A stretch of 59,532 bases of DNA from assembly GCA_021818675.1 (NCBI GenBank), contig JAKATR010000099.1:1-59532 (forward strand), in the 5' to 3' direction. The notes beneath the pieces are model-generated. The model was not told where the DNA came from, did no database searches, and was given only the letters and a program-made list of their open reading frames with translations. The DNA comes from Thermoplasmata archaeon (GTDB taxonomy: Archaea; Thermoplasmatota; Thermoplasmata; Thermoplasmatales; Thermoplasmataceae). The translations under genes and the position numbers were made by a program. Within the stretch, counting starts at the first letter, position 1, and every line of letters begins with the position of its first letter. Of this stretch, positions 44,844 through 53,171 are shown piece by piece.

Positions 44844-45545
44844 TTAATTCCTTCTGTCCGATAGACCAAGCCAGAACTTTTCTTCCAGATCCAGAATACC
44901 TTTTGCCCCTTTAAAGAAATTTTCTCTGGCCCTTTCTTCACTTTTATGTGTTCCCAGAACATCTTCCATTGCAGCCTCGTGCTGATCCTCCAATGCCCTG
45001 TGGAATGTAAAATATTCAATATCAGCCTTGGAATATTTTGGGTGTTGTTTTAGCCAGATATTGAATCCCGATAGTATCTTGTCCCACATAGGTATGGCCA
45101 TATTCTCGAGCCCGAATTCGGCACCCAGTGCCTCGAAGTATTCTCCTGAAAAGTAATTTCTCATTCCATCAAGCCATGCTTTGGTGGTTGGAAGCTGTTT
45201 TCTCTTTACAAGTGTTTCGGGTTCGATCCCTATGCTTCTAAGATATTTTCTGTAAAGGAGCTCATGCCTCTTTGTTGGGTCCATGTCTCCAAGTTCAGAA
45301 ACAAGGATCGTTGTCAAATTTGCGGCGTCATCTTCATTAGGTGTGTTTACTAAAAGTGTGGAAAGGATTGCTACCCACTCTCTGGTGAAATGGTAAAACT
45401 CTATGGAGAAATTCTTAAACTCCTCCTCAGTAATATCCCCTTTGGCAAATCTGTCAATAAAGGCATTGTTTGTTGCATTGTGCTTTTTAACAAATTCGTA
45501 TGTCTTCGCATAAAAGTTTTCTTCATTTACTTCGTTTACTATCAT
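44844..45545 (-). CDS. Haem-oxygenase-like fold, putative di-iron protein (CADD/PqqC/TenA-related, Haem_oxygenas_2-like)
   Basis: 233 aa and all-helical. Candidate metal ligands are SELGDMDPTKRHELL (E...H), FGLENMA (E) and FHRALEDQHEAAMED (H-x3-E-x2-H). Confidence 0.6.
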   Translation of the reverse strand: MIVNEVNEENFYAKTYEFVKKHNATNNAFIDRFAKGDITEEEFKNFSIEFYHFTREWVAILSTLLVNTPNEDDAANLTTILVSELGDMDPTKRHELLYRKYLRSIGIEPETLVKRKQLPTTKAWLDGMRNYFSGEYFEALGAEFGLENMAIPMWDKILSGFNIWLKQHPKYSKADIEYFTFHRALEDQHEAAMEDVLGTHKSEERARENFFKGAKGILDLEEKFWLGLSDRRN

Positions 45546-45591
45546 ACATTATACGATCAATTACAGGGTATAAAAATGTTGTTGATAGAAA

Positions 45592-47529
45592 TTAAGCATA
45601 AATACTAGTTTCGAAAACAAACTCACTATCATCTGCTAACGTTTTGAGAAAATCATCATTCAACAATCCTGAGGATTTGATTTGCTCTATGGGAAGACAG
45701 AATTTTTTCTGTCTTCTTAACAATGACAGACAGAGTTCTTTCCTTGCAACTGTAGCAATATCTCCAGTGACGACAAAAGTTCCATCCTGTTTGATCATAT
45801 CAATGGTAAATCGTTTGAGTTTGCCTTTCTGATTTAAATAAAAAATATTATTTCTTGCCTCAATTATAAATATCCTGTCAAGACCGAGATATGGCATCAT
45901 TAAAACTTCATTTATATTCCTTTTTTCCATGCCATTATCCAGCCTTTTCTGTCTGCCCATAATATACTCATATATGGAAGAGGATACATCCCTCTCACAG
46001 AGAAATATCAATTTGTTTCCCGGAAAGTGATTGATTTTCTCCATTATTCTCTGAGGTTTAGAGATATCTGAAATTTCTGATTCAACAATAATGCCTTCAC
46101 CCTCGTTCAAAAAAAATCCATCTGCCCTGTAACCATTTATCATTACTTCTTTCTGTAATGAAATTTTTCTTCCATCCAGATATTGAGAAAACAGTTCTGT
46201 TATGAATTCGTGACTATTTTTCTTTTCTTCAACTGGTTTAACTGGTGAGCTTTCATCTGATCCGTATCTTGAAATGCTTTCTTTTTTAATGAATTCTATA
46301 TCTGCCTGATTTTCCATATTCCATTTAACTGGCTTAAAACTTAACGGAGGCTCTGATATACCTGAAAAATTATTCCACATTGTTACATAATTTCTTGGAG
46401 AAGATAAAATAGATTTCAATGTGTTATTTCTCAATGATTCCGGTCTTAAGGATGATGACAGTAAACTTGCGTCTGACTCTGAACATCTGAATGCGAAGAA
46501 AGAACCGGTGTTACCAATAATTGAACTTAGATTGTGCCGGTCATACTGGTCCAGATACTGAGATGAAAGTGTAAGAAATACCCCATATTTTCTCCCTTCG
46601 CTGAGTATTTCCGCGATTATTTTTGCCGGGAAATTCTGAGCCTCATCCAGAAGCAGAAATGTCTTATTTCTCTTTGATGCTCTCAACGAACTGTTCCATA
46701 TTTTGAATAGAATTAAGGTTCCAATAAGCGAAGTCATATCTCCCGACATCTGCGTTTTAGAGACCTCCACAACGATAAGTTTGTTACCCTCTTCAAGCAG
46801 GGATCCAAGGTCTACACTGTCTGCTCTCGATGAAATCAATCTCCTTAACTCAGGTCTTGATAATATGGGAACCAGTTTGTTAATGGTACTTGCAATAAAA
46901 TCGTTCCAGCGGTTTCTATCAGTTATAACTGTTTTTAATGCGTTCCATACATCCTCCGGGATTTTTCCCTCCATTTCTCTTAGTGAATCTCTTCTGGATA
47001 TGAGAGATAAAAAATCTGAAAGATTTGCTTCTGGATCAAGTGTGATCATGAATCTGAGAATTGTTGTGAATACAAGCTCAAGCCTCGGGCCCCACGTCCC
47101 CTTTGAGAAGAGTGATTCACCGCTAAAGAGATCCTTGATTGTATCGGTTATTACACCTATGTTACCTGAGGTCTTCCCATTTCTGGATAAAACATTGAAT
47201 CCAATCCTTTTGCCATTAACAGAGTATTTTTCCTGGGTTGAAATGTAAACAACTTCCATGTTTTTATTTTCAGCAATAATCTGATCAGATAACTGACCAT
47301 GAGGATCGAAAATTACTATGTTGGCATCTGCAATGCCCGAGTATATCTTCAAGAGAGATGCTAACAGATTGCTCTTCCCTGTCCCGGTTCTCCCGACAAT
47401 AAGATTATGATTAATTATGTGACTTATGGGAATGCTTATTTCAGAAAGCCCGGTAAACCCTAAAGTTACGTGTTCCTGTTGATTATCATTTTTCCTTGAT
47501 CTGCCAGGCGATATTTCATAATCAAACAT
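45592..47529 (-). CDS. FtsK/HerA-superfamily (DUF87 / VirB4-VirD4-like) P-loop ATPase with ~230-aa C-terminal extension
   Basis: Walker A is LIVGRTGTGKSNLL at residues ~43-56, so there is no HAS-barrel N-domain. IVIFDPHGQ follows. Walker B is TFLLLDEAQNF. Next comes GRKYGVFLTLSSQ. The C-terminal ~230 aa are unassigned and contain a GYRADGFF...GIIVESE segment. Confidence 0.8.
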   Translation of the reverse strand: MFDYEISPGRSRKNDNQQEHVTLGFTGLSEISIPISHIINHNLIVGRTGTGKSNLLASLLKIYSGIADANIVIFDPHGQLSDQIIAENKNMEVVYISTQEKYSVNGKRIGFNVLSRNGKTSGNIGVITDTIKDLFSGESLFSKGTWGPRLELVFTTILRFMITLDPEANLSDFLSLISRRDSLREMEGKIPEDVWNALKTVITDRNRWNDFIASTINKLVPILSRPELRRLISSRADSVDLGSLLEEGNKLIVVEVSKTQMSGDMTSLIGTLILFKIWNSSLRASKRNKTFLLLDEAQNFPAKIIAEILSEGRKYGVFLTLSSQYLDQYDRHNLSSIIGNTGSFFAFRCSESDASLLSSSLRPESLRNNTLKSILSSPRNYVTMWNNFSGISEPPLSFKPVKWNMENQADIEFIKKESISRYGSDESSPVKPVEEKKNSHEFITELFSQYLDGRKISLQKEVMINGYRADGFFLNEGEGIIVESEISDISKPQRIMEKINHFPGNKLIFLCERDVSSSIYEYIMGRQKRLDNGMEKRNINEVLMMPYLGLDRIFIIEARNNIFYLNQKGKLKRFTIDMIKQDGTFVVTGDIATVARKELCLSLLRRQKKFCLPIEQIKSSGLLNDDFLKTLADDSEFVFETSIYA

Positions 47530-47535
47530 TGTATT

Positions 47536-48462
47536 TCACAGAGTAATAACCTGATCCCTATTTATTTCAATGTCTTCGATTAGACTTACTATATCATCTA
47601 TTTGAATACCGGATGATGCTCCCACGGTTGCAATAATATCCGGATAAACCTTTCTCAATAACCATGGTCCAAAATTTGAAACAGAAAATATCCTGAACTG
47701 ATCTTTCCCATGATGTTCCTGAAGAATTCCCATATTATCTTCATCGAAATGGTAAAAACCATTTTTCAGCGAAGCCACGATCTTGAAGAGATCAATCCAG
47801 ATTTCTCCACGCATATCTTCGCTTGTAAATACCTTAATTTTATGAATTCCATTGAATGTGCCTGAGCTAATACAATTAAATTTTTTAAAAAAATTGCCAC
47901 AAAGGGAATTTTCAGAACTTCCCCATGACATCCTGCCGATCCTCTCTTCTTCAAACCAGGAGTATTTCCTTTTCTTCCCGGCATAGTAGGATCTTGAGAT
48001 GAAATCCTTTCTTTCAGGGAATTTTCCTATCTGTAATTGTGACAATATATTCATTGTCATATCAATGAAATTTTGCCCGGAATCTGGCATGCTCCTTATT
48101 TCCAAGGTTGTACCAGATATCCACGTGCTGGCTGCAATTGCTCCTGAATAATCCATCCCAAAAAAGACAGGATAAGTTATTCCATTTACCGTTATTGATC
48201 TTATACTTAGTGGTTCATATGGTAAGGAGAAAGTCTTTAGAAGACTCTTGGGGAATGAAGGGTAAAACCAGTCCATAAAGAACTCCTTGATTCTTATCCT
48301 CTGATTATTTGCTTCAACTTCAAATCTCAGTGTGTCCCATTTTTCAGAATCTGTTCTTAGGGAAATATTACTTAATACAAGATCAGGAAGGATTGTCGCA
48401 AATGGCAACGGAATGTTATTTAAATCGTCCCTGTCGTTTATCTTTTTAAACATCTGCTGCAT
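47536..48462 (-). CDS. Hypothetical protein, translationally coupled partner of the ATPase
   Basis: 308-aa ORF with no motif I recognise. Its start overlaps the FAH-family stop (TGATG), and its stop lies 6 nt before the ATPase start. Confidence 0.55.
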   Translation of the reverse strand: MQQMFKKINDRDDLNNIPLPFATILPDLVLSNISLRTDSEKWDTLRFEVEANNQRIRIKEFFMDWFYPSFPKSLLKTFSLPYEPLSIRSITVNGITYPVFFGMDYSGAIAASTWISGTTLEIRSMPDSGQNFIDMTMNILSQLQIGKFPERKDFISRSYYAGKKRKYSWFEEERIGRMSWGSSENSLCGNFFKKFNCISSGTFNGIHKIKVFTSEDMRGEIWIDLFKIVASLKNGFYHFDEDNMGILQEHHGKDQFRIFSVSNFGPWLLRKVYPDIIATVGASSGIQIDDIVSLIEDIEINRDQVITL

Positions 48463-49295
48463 CAGTTTGCACTTACTATTTTGTTTGTAAGACGCCCTAT
48501 TCCCTCTGCCTCTACAGATACGGTATCTCCATTTTCAAGAAATCTTCCAGACCCACCCATAGCAACTCCCGAAGGGGTTCCGCTTGTGATGATGTCCCCG
48601 GGTTCGAGCGTTATGAACTGGGACACCTCCGCAATTAGTTCCGGAAAAGAAAATATCATATCACGAATATGGCCTTCCTGCCTCCTTTCTGAATTAACAT
48701 ACGTATTGATCCGAAAATCGGGTATTTCTTTGTCAAGAATGTAAATTTTCGGCCCTATTGGGAGGAAAGTATCGGATGCTTTACCAAGGAGCCAATTTTT
48801 TCCAAGCCTTTCCTGATAATCATTCTGATAGTCACGGGCACTGATATCATTGCAAACGGTAAAACCAAAAATGGATTCTGTTGCATTTTCAACTGTTGCC
48901 TCCTTTGTTTTGGCACCAATAATTGCCGCAATCTCCCCCTCATAATCAAGATACTGAACCTTCTTTGGTTTCAGTACAATTCCATTATTTCCCACCAGGG
49001 CGTTACTGAACTTGGTGAAAAAGTATGGTTTCTTAGGGCTTGGTACCCGGTTCTCTTCCGAGTGACTTCTGAAATTTATTGCTGGGAGAAAAATTTTTTT
49101 TGGGCTCACGGGAATATCTTCTACTAAATCCCCGGTATAATCGTCCAACTTTTCAGGGATCCCTTTGTGCAGTTCAGCTATGGCATTGTTGATATTTGCG
49201 GGCTCTTTCAAATCTGAATATAAATAATGTTTTCCATTATCTGATAAGATTATGCTTCTTTTCCCATCGTCTAATTTGTTTACAATGAAATCCAT
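48462..49295 (-). CDS. Fumarylacetoacetate hydrolase family protein (second copy)
   Basis: The blocks are LDYEGEIAAIIGAK, CNDISARDYQ and LEPGDIITSGTPSGV. Confidence 0.85.
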   Translation of the reverse strand: MDFIVNKLDDGKRSIILSDNGKHYLYSDLKEPANINNAIAELHKGIPEKLDDYTGDLVEDIPVSPKKIFLPAINFRSHSEENRVPSPKKPYFFTKFSNALVGNNGIVLKPKKVQYLDYEGEIAAIIGAKTKEATVENATESIFGFTVCNDISARDYQNDYQERLGKNWLLGKASDTFLPIGPKIYILDKEIPDFRINTYVNSERRQEGHIRDMIFSFPELIAEVSQFITLEPGDIITSGTPSGVAMGGSGRFLENGDTVSVEAEGIGRLTNKIVSAN

Positions 49296-49314
49296 AGAAG
49301 TGTATTTTAATTAC

Positions 49315-49328
49315 ATTATATAAATATT
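49315..49328 (-). promoter_or_regulatory. TATA box (minus-strand AATATTTATATAAT) for the FAH/unknown/ATPase unit
   Basis: Centred about 26 nt upstream of the ATG at 49295, consistent with a leaderless transcript. Confidence 0.45.
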
Positions 49329-49330
49329 GC

Positions 49331-49347
49331 AAAAAAGACACTTTTTT
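49331..49347 (-). terminator. Perfect 7-bp hairpin (AAAAAAG-aca-CTTTTTT) followed by a T-run on the minus strand
   Basis: The stem is 49331-49337 paired with 49341-49347. It overlaps the stop codon of the 496-aa membrane protein gene. On the minus strand it reads TAAAAAAGTGTCTTTTTTGC. Confidence 0.5.
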
Positions 49348-50836
49348 ATGAGGAATTAAGTCCGGCTGAAAAATCATATATGGCATAATTGGTGAAAAAC
49401 CACATCAGCGGAAGCGATATTGCAAGAAAAATAATTGAAAAATACAATTGCTGTGTTACCCCAAAAACGGGCCAGATATCGAAGGATGAAACAGCGGTAA
49501 AATACAAAATAATTATGGATATAACCGGCAACATCCCACCCACATATTCAAAGGCGACTATCCTGGTATCTCTTCCGCTTATTGCCAGTGAATATCCTGC
49601 CAATAGACCTGCACTTGTAGATACTATTGCCATAACTGAATAGCTGATACCATTTCCCAGACTATAGTTTACCAGAACTGGAAAATACCACATTACCATG
49701 AGAATAATGGAACTTATTGCTGAGACCAGTGTTATTAAACTGGATCGACTTTCTGAAAAGATCTTAAAAATAGAATTTATAAGGAATATAATTATTACAC
49801 CTGTAATAAACATCAATGCGTTGATAGATGCATAAAAGAGAAGATTATCCCTTAACCCAAGGAAAATACCTGCGATTAAGATCACAGGTTCCATCACCAC
49901 AAATAATACACCTGCAAATATGAATTTTAACCGGTTTAGATCAATCTTTTTAATTTTAGCAAAGAATTTTATGGGGATTCCCTTCATCGACAGCTTAAGA
50001 ACTACAAATGTTAAAATGGTTAGAAACAAAGATTCCGTTACGAGGGGCAAAGAGACTATACCAAGAATTTCCGATCCAATAGCCGGCAAAAGAGATGTCG
50101 TCGCTTCGCACTGACATGAAAGCCCGGCGAAAGCATAAGATACCCCGGAAAATCTGTTGATATTCCTTCCCCTCCTTACCTTTATTCTTGCCTGCTCAAA
50201 GATCATCCTGAAATTCTCAATAAGGAATGCACCTATTATTCCAAAGATGATGGTTAATTGTATTGAAAATGTTATAGTATATTGCATGGAAAATATTGTC
50301 ATAGCATTGGAAAACAGATAAGGTACACCTGCTGGGGATTCGTCATCGTATATTGAACCTACAAGAATCTGAGGATTATTGGCAAATGAGGAATAAATGA
50401 AAAGTCCTCCTATGAAAAGCATTATGTAAAGATATATTAAAAAAACGAAACCCTTTACAAGCGATTTTTTCTCATAGGTATACATAAATCTTAAAATTAT
50501 CATAAGTGCCAGCATTAAATATACGAATCCAAAAGCTGCTGAAACGTTTAATCCCGAACCTGATGTTGCAGAAATAAAGTGAAATGTAAAAATGAGCGAT
50601 AATGAAAGTAAAAATAGATAAAATGACGGAATATATACAGAGAATGATTGCCAATATTTTTTCGAAATATAATAAATAAATGGCAAAAGAAGCATGGATA
50701 ATATGGCACCCCAAAAAGCAATTTCAACATAATTTTCTATATATATTGCTCCTATGAAACTGAGGTCAAATATTGAACCTATAAAAATTGCTATAGAAAC
50801 TAAAAGGATCAAACCCTGAATAGAATCTTCTTTCAT
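49346..50836 (-). CDS. Polytopic membrane protein (about 14 helices), unknown family
   Basis: 496 aa and strongly hydrophobic throughout. One central amphipathic/basic loop leads into GLSCQCEATTSLLPAIG. Confidence 0.55.
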   Translation of the reverse strand: MKEDSIQGLILLVSIAIFIGSIFDLSFIGAIYIENYVEIAFWGAILSMLLLPFIYYISKKYWQSFSVYIPSFYLFLLSLSLIFTFHFISATSGSGLNVSAAFGFVYLMLALMIILRFMYTYEKKSLVKGFVFLIYLYIMLFIGGLFIYSSFANNPQILVGSIYDDESPAGVPYLFSNAMTIFSMQYTITFSIQLTIIFGIIGAFLIENFRMIFEQARIKVRRGRNINRFSGVSYAFAGLSCQCEATTSLLPAIGSEILGIVSLPLVTESLFLTILTFVVLKLSMKGIPIKFFAKIKKIDLNRLKFIFAGVLFVVMEPVILIAGIFLGLRDNLLFYASINALMFITGVIIIFLINSIFKIFSESRSSLITLVSAISSIILMVMWYFPVLVNYSLGNGISYSVMAIVSTSAGLLAGYSLAISGRDTRIVAFEYVGGMLPVISIIILYFTAVSSFDIWPVFGVTQQLYFSIIFLAISLPLMWFFTNYAIYDFSAGLNSS

Positions 50837-50890
50837 GTTAAGAGAGAATTGCAGACACGTTATTACAATTTTTTAGGAGAGTATAATTGA

Positions 50891-51412
50891 TCATGGAATA
50901 ATGTTAAGATATATCCCCATAATGCTAACAAGGACTCCCATAAATAGGAGGGCCAGTGCCCAGTTCAATGAACTGCCATTGGCATATTTTCCGACAAATA
51001 TACCCAGGACTGCAAGAGAAAGTAGTGATACAAAAAATGGAAAATAAACATTGGATGTGAATGCAAATGAACTCAACAGAGGTATCATTGAACCGAGGAA
51101 ACCAAACAGAGCAGCAGCTATTGTTCCCAATGCGGTTTCAAGGAGGATAATCCTTTCCATGGAACTTCTTCTTGGTTTATTCTTGTCCGGGTTCAGGTGC
51201 TTTGATACCCTGCTAACTTCATTTCTCATTTTGCTATACTGAGCAACGAAATAGCTGCCCGCCCCTACAATTGATGACGCGGAGGCTATCCTCAGAGTAT
51301 GATTTAAACTCAAATCTACACCGGATACTATCCTACCGGATGTTATCATCAATGTTGTAATAATACCGTCTACCAGACCAATGGTTATAGGAAAAATAGT
51401 TTCTCTGTTCAA
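50891..51412 (-). CDS. VIT1/CCC1-family (DUF125) membrane protein, putative Fe/Mn transporter
   Basis: ITIGLVDGIITTLMITSG resembles the VIT-family first-helix motif. 173 aa with about 5 helices. Confidence 0.65.
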   Translation of the reverse strand: MNRETIFPITIGLVDGIITTLMITSGRIVSGVDLSLNHTLRIASASSIVGAGSYFVAQYSKMRNEVSRVSKHLNPDKNKPRRSSMERIILLETALGTIAAALFGFLGSMIPLLSSFAFTSNVYFPFFVSLLSLAVLGIFVGKYANGSSLNWALALLFMGVLVSIMGIYLNIIP

Positions 51413-51702
51413 ATATCACGCCTAACATTTTCAATTAATCGGCTTCCCGCTGCAATTTCGTCCACTGAATGAACAACAGCCCCGGCATCCTCTATAGTCC
51501 TGACAAGATCATCAAAATTAATGTTTGTACCTTCAACGGTGATATTTGTGCCCATTGTTTCCATGTCTATTTCAGTAACACTTATATTCACTGCATCTAC
51601 ACCCTTTACAGAAATAATTGCTTCTGAAAGATCAACAAGTGTGGGCCGGTTAAGTCCTTTTCCAACATCCAATATTACTCTTCTTATGTTCAAGCTAATC
51701 AC
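51409..51702 (-). CDS. DUF211 (COG1888) family protein
   Basis: 97 aa. IRRVILDVGKGLNRPTLVDLSEAIISVKGVDAVNISVTEIDMETMGTNITVEG is the typical DUF211 pattern. The stop overlaps the VIT gene start by 4 nt. Confidence 0.68.
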   Translation of the reverse strand: MISLNIRRVILDVGKGLNRPTLVDLSEAIISVKGVDAVNISVTEIDMETMGTNITVEGTNINFDDLVRTIEDAGAVVHSVDEIAAGSRLIENVRRDI

Positions 51703-52067
51703 TTTAACTGTTTACACGATTTTAAGGATTATAATGGAATTGAATTTAACCTTTTAATGATTTATAATGATATTTCACCTGTTGATTCATTGCCATAGAT
51801 CATAATGAACCATTTTTGAGTAATTGAAAGGACTGGTTTCTCGAATGTAACTATTCAGAATACCATGGCGCCTTACTTGGAAGAATTTTGTGCAAAGACT
51901 GAATGAGAACTTTCCATTTACCGCCCTCTAAATGCATCGCAATTATCAGTATACCTAAAGAAAAGATTTTCATTTCATAACAGATACCTTGTTCGTGGAA
52001 AATAGAAAAAGGCATATGATATATGTGATAATTGCCATAATATTAGACGCCATTCTGACTTATTACG

Positions 52068-52080
52068 TTTTATATTTAAA
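52068..52080 (+). promoter_or_regulatory. TATA box (TTTTATATTTAAA) for the CinA-like gene
   Basis: Centred about 22-24 nt upstream of the ATG at 52096. Confidence 0.4.
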
Positions 52081-52086
52081 CACTCT

Positions 52087-52890
52087 GTGAACCTCATGAA
52101 AGAAGTTTCAATAATAACAATAGGTAATGAAATTGTAAAAGGCAGAACTGTAAACACCAATGCCTCTGAAATAGCTATGGCTTTCACAAAAATGGGTTTT
52201 TACGTATCCAGACATACTTCTATCCCCGATGATTGCAAGATCATATCTGAAACACTGACCGTTTCCTTGAAAGATTTTCCCATAACGGTGACGACCGGTG
52301 GCCTTGGCCCTACTTTTGACGACATGACAGTTAAATGCCTTGCCCATGGCCTTGGAGCAAGGTTAGAACTGAATCAGGAAGCAATGAACATCATAGAAGA
52401 AAAATATAAAAGATTGAATCTGCCTTTAACAGATGAGAGAAGGAAAATGGCCCTGTTCCCGGAGGGTGCCATGATAATAAAAAACACCGTTGGAACCGCT
52501 CCCGGTTTGATTTTTACCTTGAATTCTCATATGATTTTCTGTCTTCCTGGTGTTCCAAAGGAAATGAGAAGCATGCTACCAGATGTACTCAATCTTTCTG
52601 GTAAAAGCGGGTTAAATTACTTATCAATGGAGTTTAATGTTTCTGGTATCATGGAAAGTTCCATGGCTCCATTTATCAAGATATTGATGAAGGAATATGA
52701 AGACAGCATTTTTATCAAAACACATCCCATATCTGATGAGATCAATGAACCAAAATTAATCGTTGAACTATATTCACTTTCGGATAAAACCGAGGAAACA
52801 AAAATAAAAATGAATGATATCAAAACCAAAATTGAAAATTGGGTCAATAACCAAATCGGCTCAAACTCTTTAACCAAAGATAAAAAATAA
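52087..52890 (+). CDS. CinA-like / MoaB-MogA molybdopterin-binding-fold domain protein
   Basis: SIITIGNEIVKGRTVNTNASEIA...VTTGGLGPTFDDMT is the CinA N-terminal domain signature. The probable start is the ATG at 52096. Confidence 0.8.
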   Translation: MNLMKEVSIITIGNEIVKGRTVNTNASEIAMAFTKMGFYVSRHTSIPDDCKIISETLTVSLKDFPITVTTGGLGPTFDDMTVKCLAHGLGARLELNQEAMNIIEEKYKRLNLPLTDERRKMALFPEGAMIIKNTVGTAPGLIFTLNSHMIFCLPGVPKEMRSMLPDVLNLSGKSGLNYLSMEFNVSGIMESSMAPFIKILMKEYEDSIFIKTHPISDEINEPKLIVELYSLSDKTEETKIKMNDIKTKIENWVNNQIGSNSLTKDKK

Positions 52891-52979
52891 AATCTGTTTG
52901 ACAAGGCTTCCCAAATATAATCAACAAAATATGATGAATATATTTTTATTCGATCTTAAAATATCTTCAAGAGGAGTAA

Positions 52980-53159
52980 ATGGCTGAACTTAGAAATTTG
53001 GAGAAATTTGAGGAGAATGCTATTGCTATGTGCAAAGACCAGACACAGAGAGAGAAATTGACTTTAAAAACGAGGAAAAAGAAGAGCCCTCTTGATGTCT
53101 ATGATCTTAAAAAATTAAAAGATAAGATTGAAAAAATGAACAGGAAACTTTCAAAATAA
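52980..53159 (+). CDS. Small Lys-rich ORF (59 aa), below the ORF-track cutoff
   Basis: The ATG at 52980 is preceded by GAGGAG at 52971-52976. My translation is MAELRNLEKFEENAIAMCKDQTQREKLTLKTRKKKSPLDVYDLKKLKDKIEKMNRKLSK, ending at a TAA at 53157. Confidence 0.35.
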   Translation: MAELRNLEKFEENAIAMCKDQTQREKLTLKTRKKKSPLDVYDLKKLKDKIEKMNRKLSK

Positions 53160-53171
53160 TTTTGTGATAAA

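Noticed and set aside
44816-45019. A 67-aa ORF overlapping the 3' end of the haem-oxygenase-like gene on the same strand.
   Set aside because: It lies in an alternative frame, mostly within the longer and better-supported CDS, and its product is compositionally odd with no start signals.
51703-52086. A 384-nt gap with several ATAATG/TATAATG words and a 70-aa minus-strand ORF (51975-52187).
   Set aside because: The ORF overlaps the CinA-like start and promoter and has no supporting signals. The repeated words are short and expected in AT-rich intergenic DNA. No convincing repeat structure or RNA fold was seen by eye.
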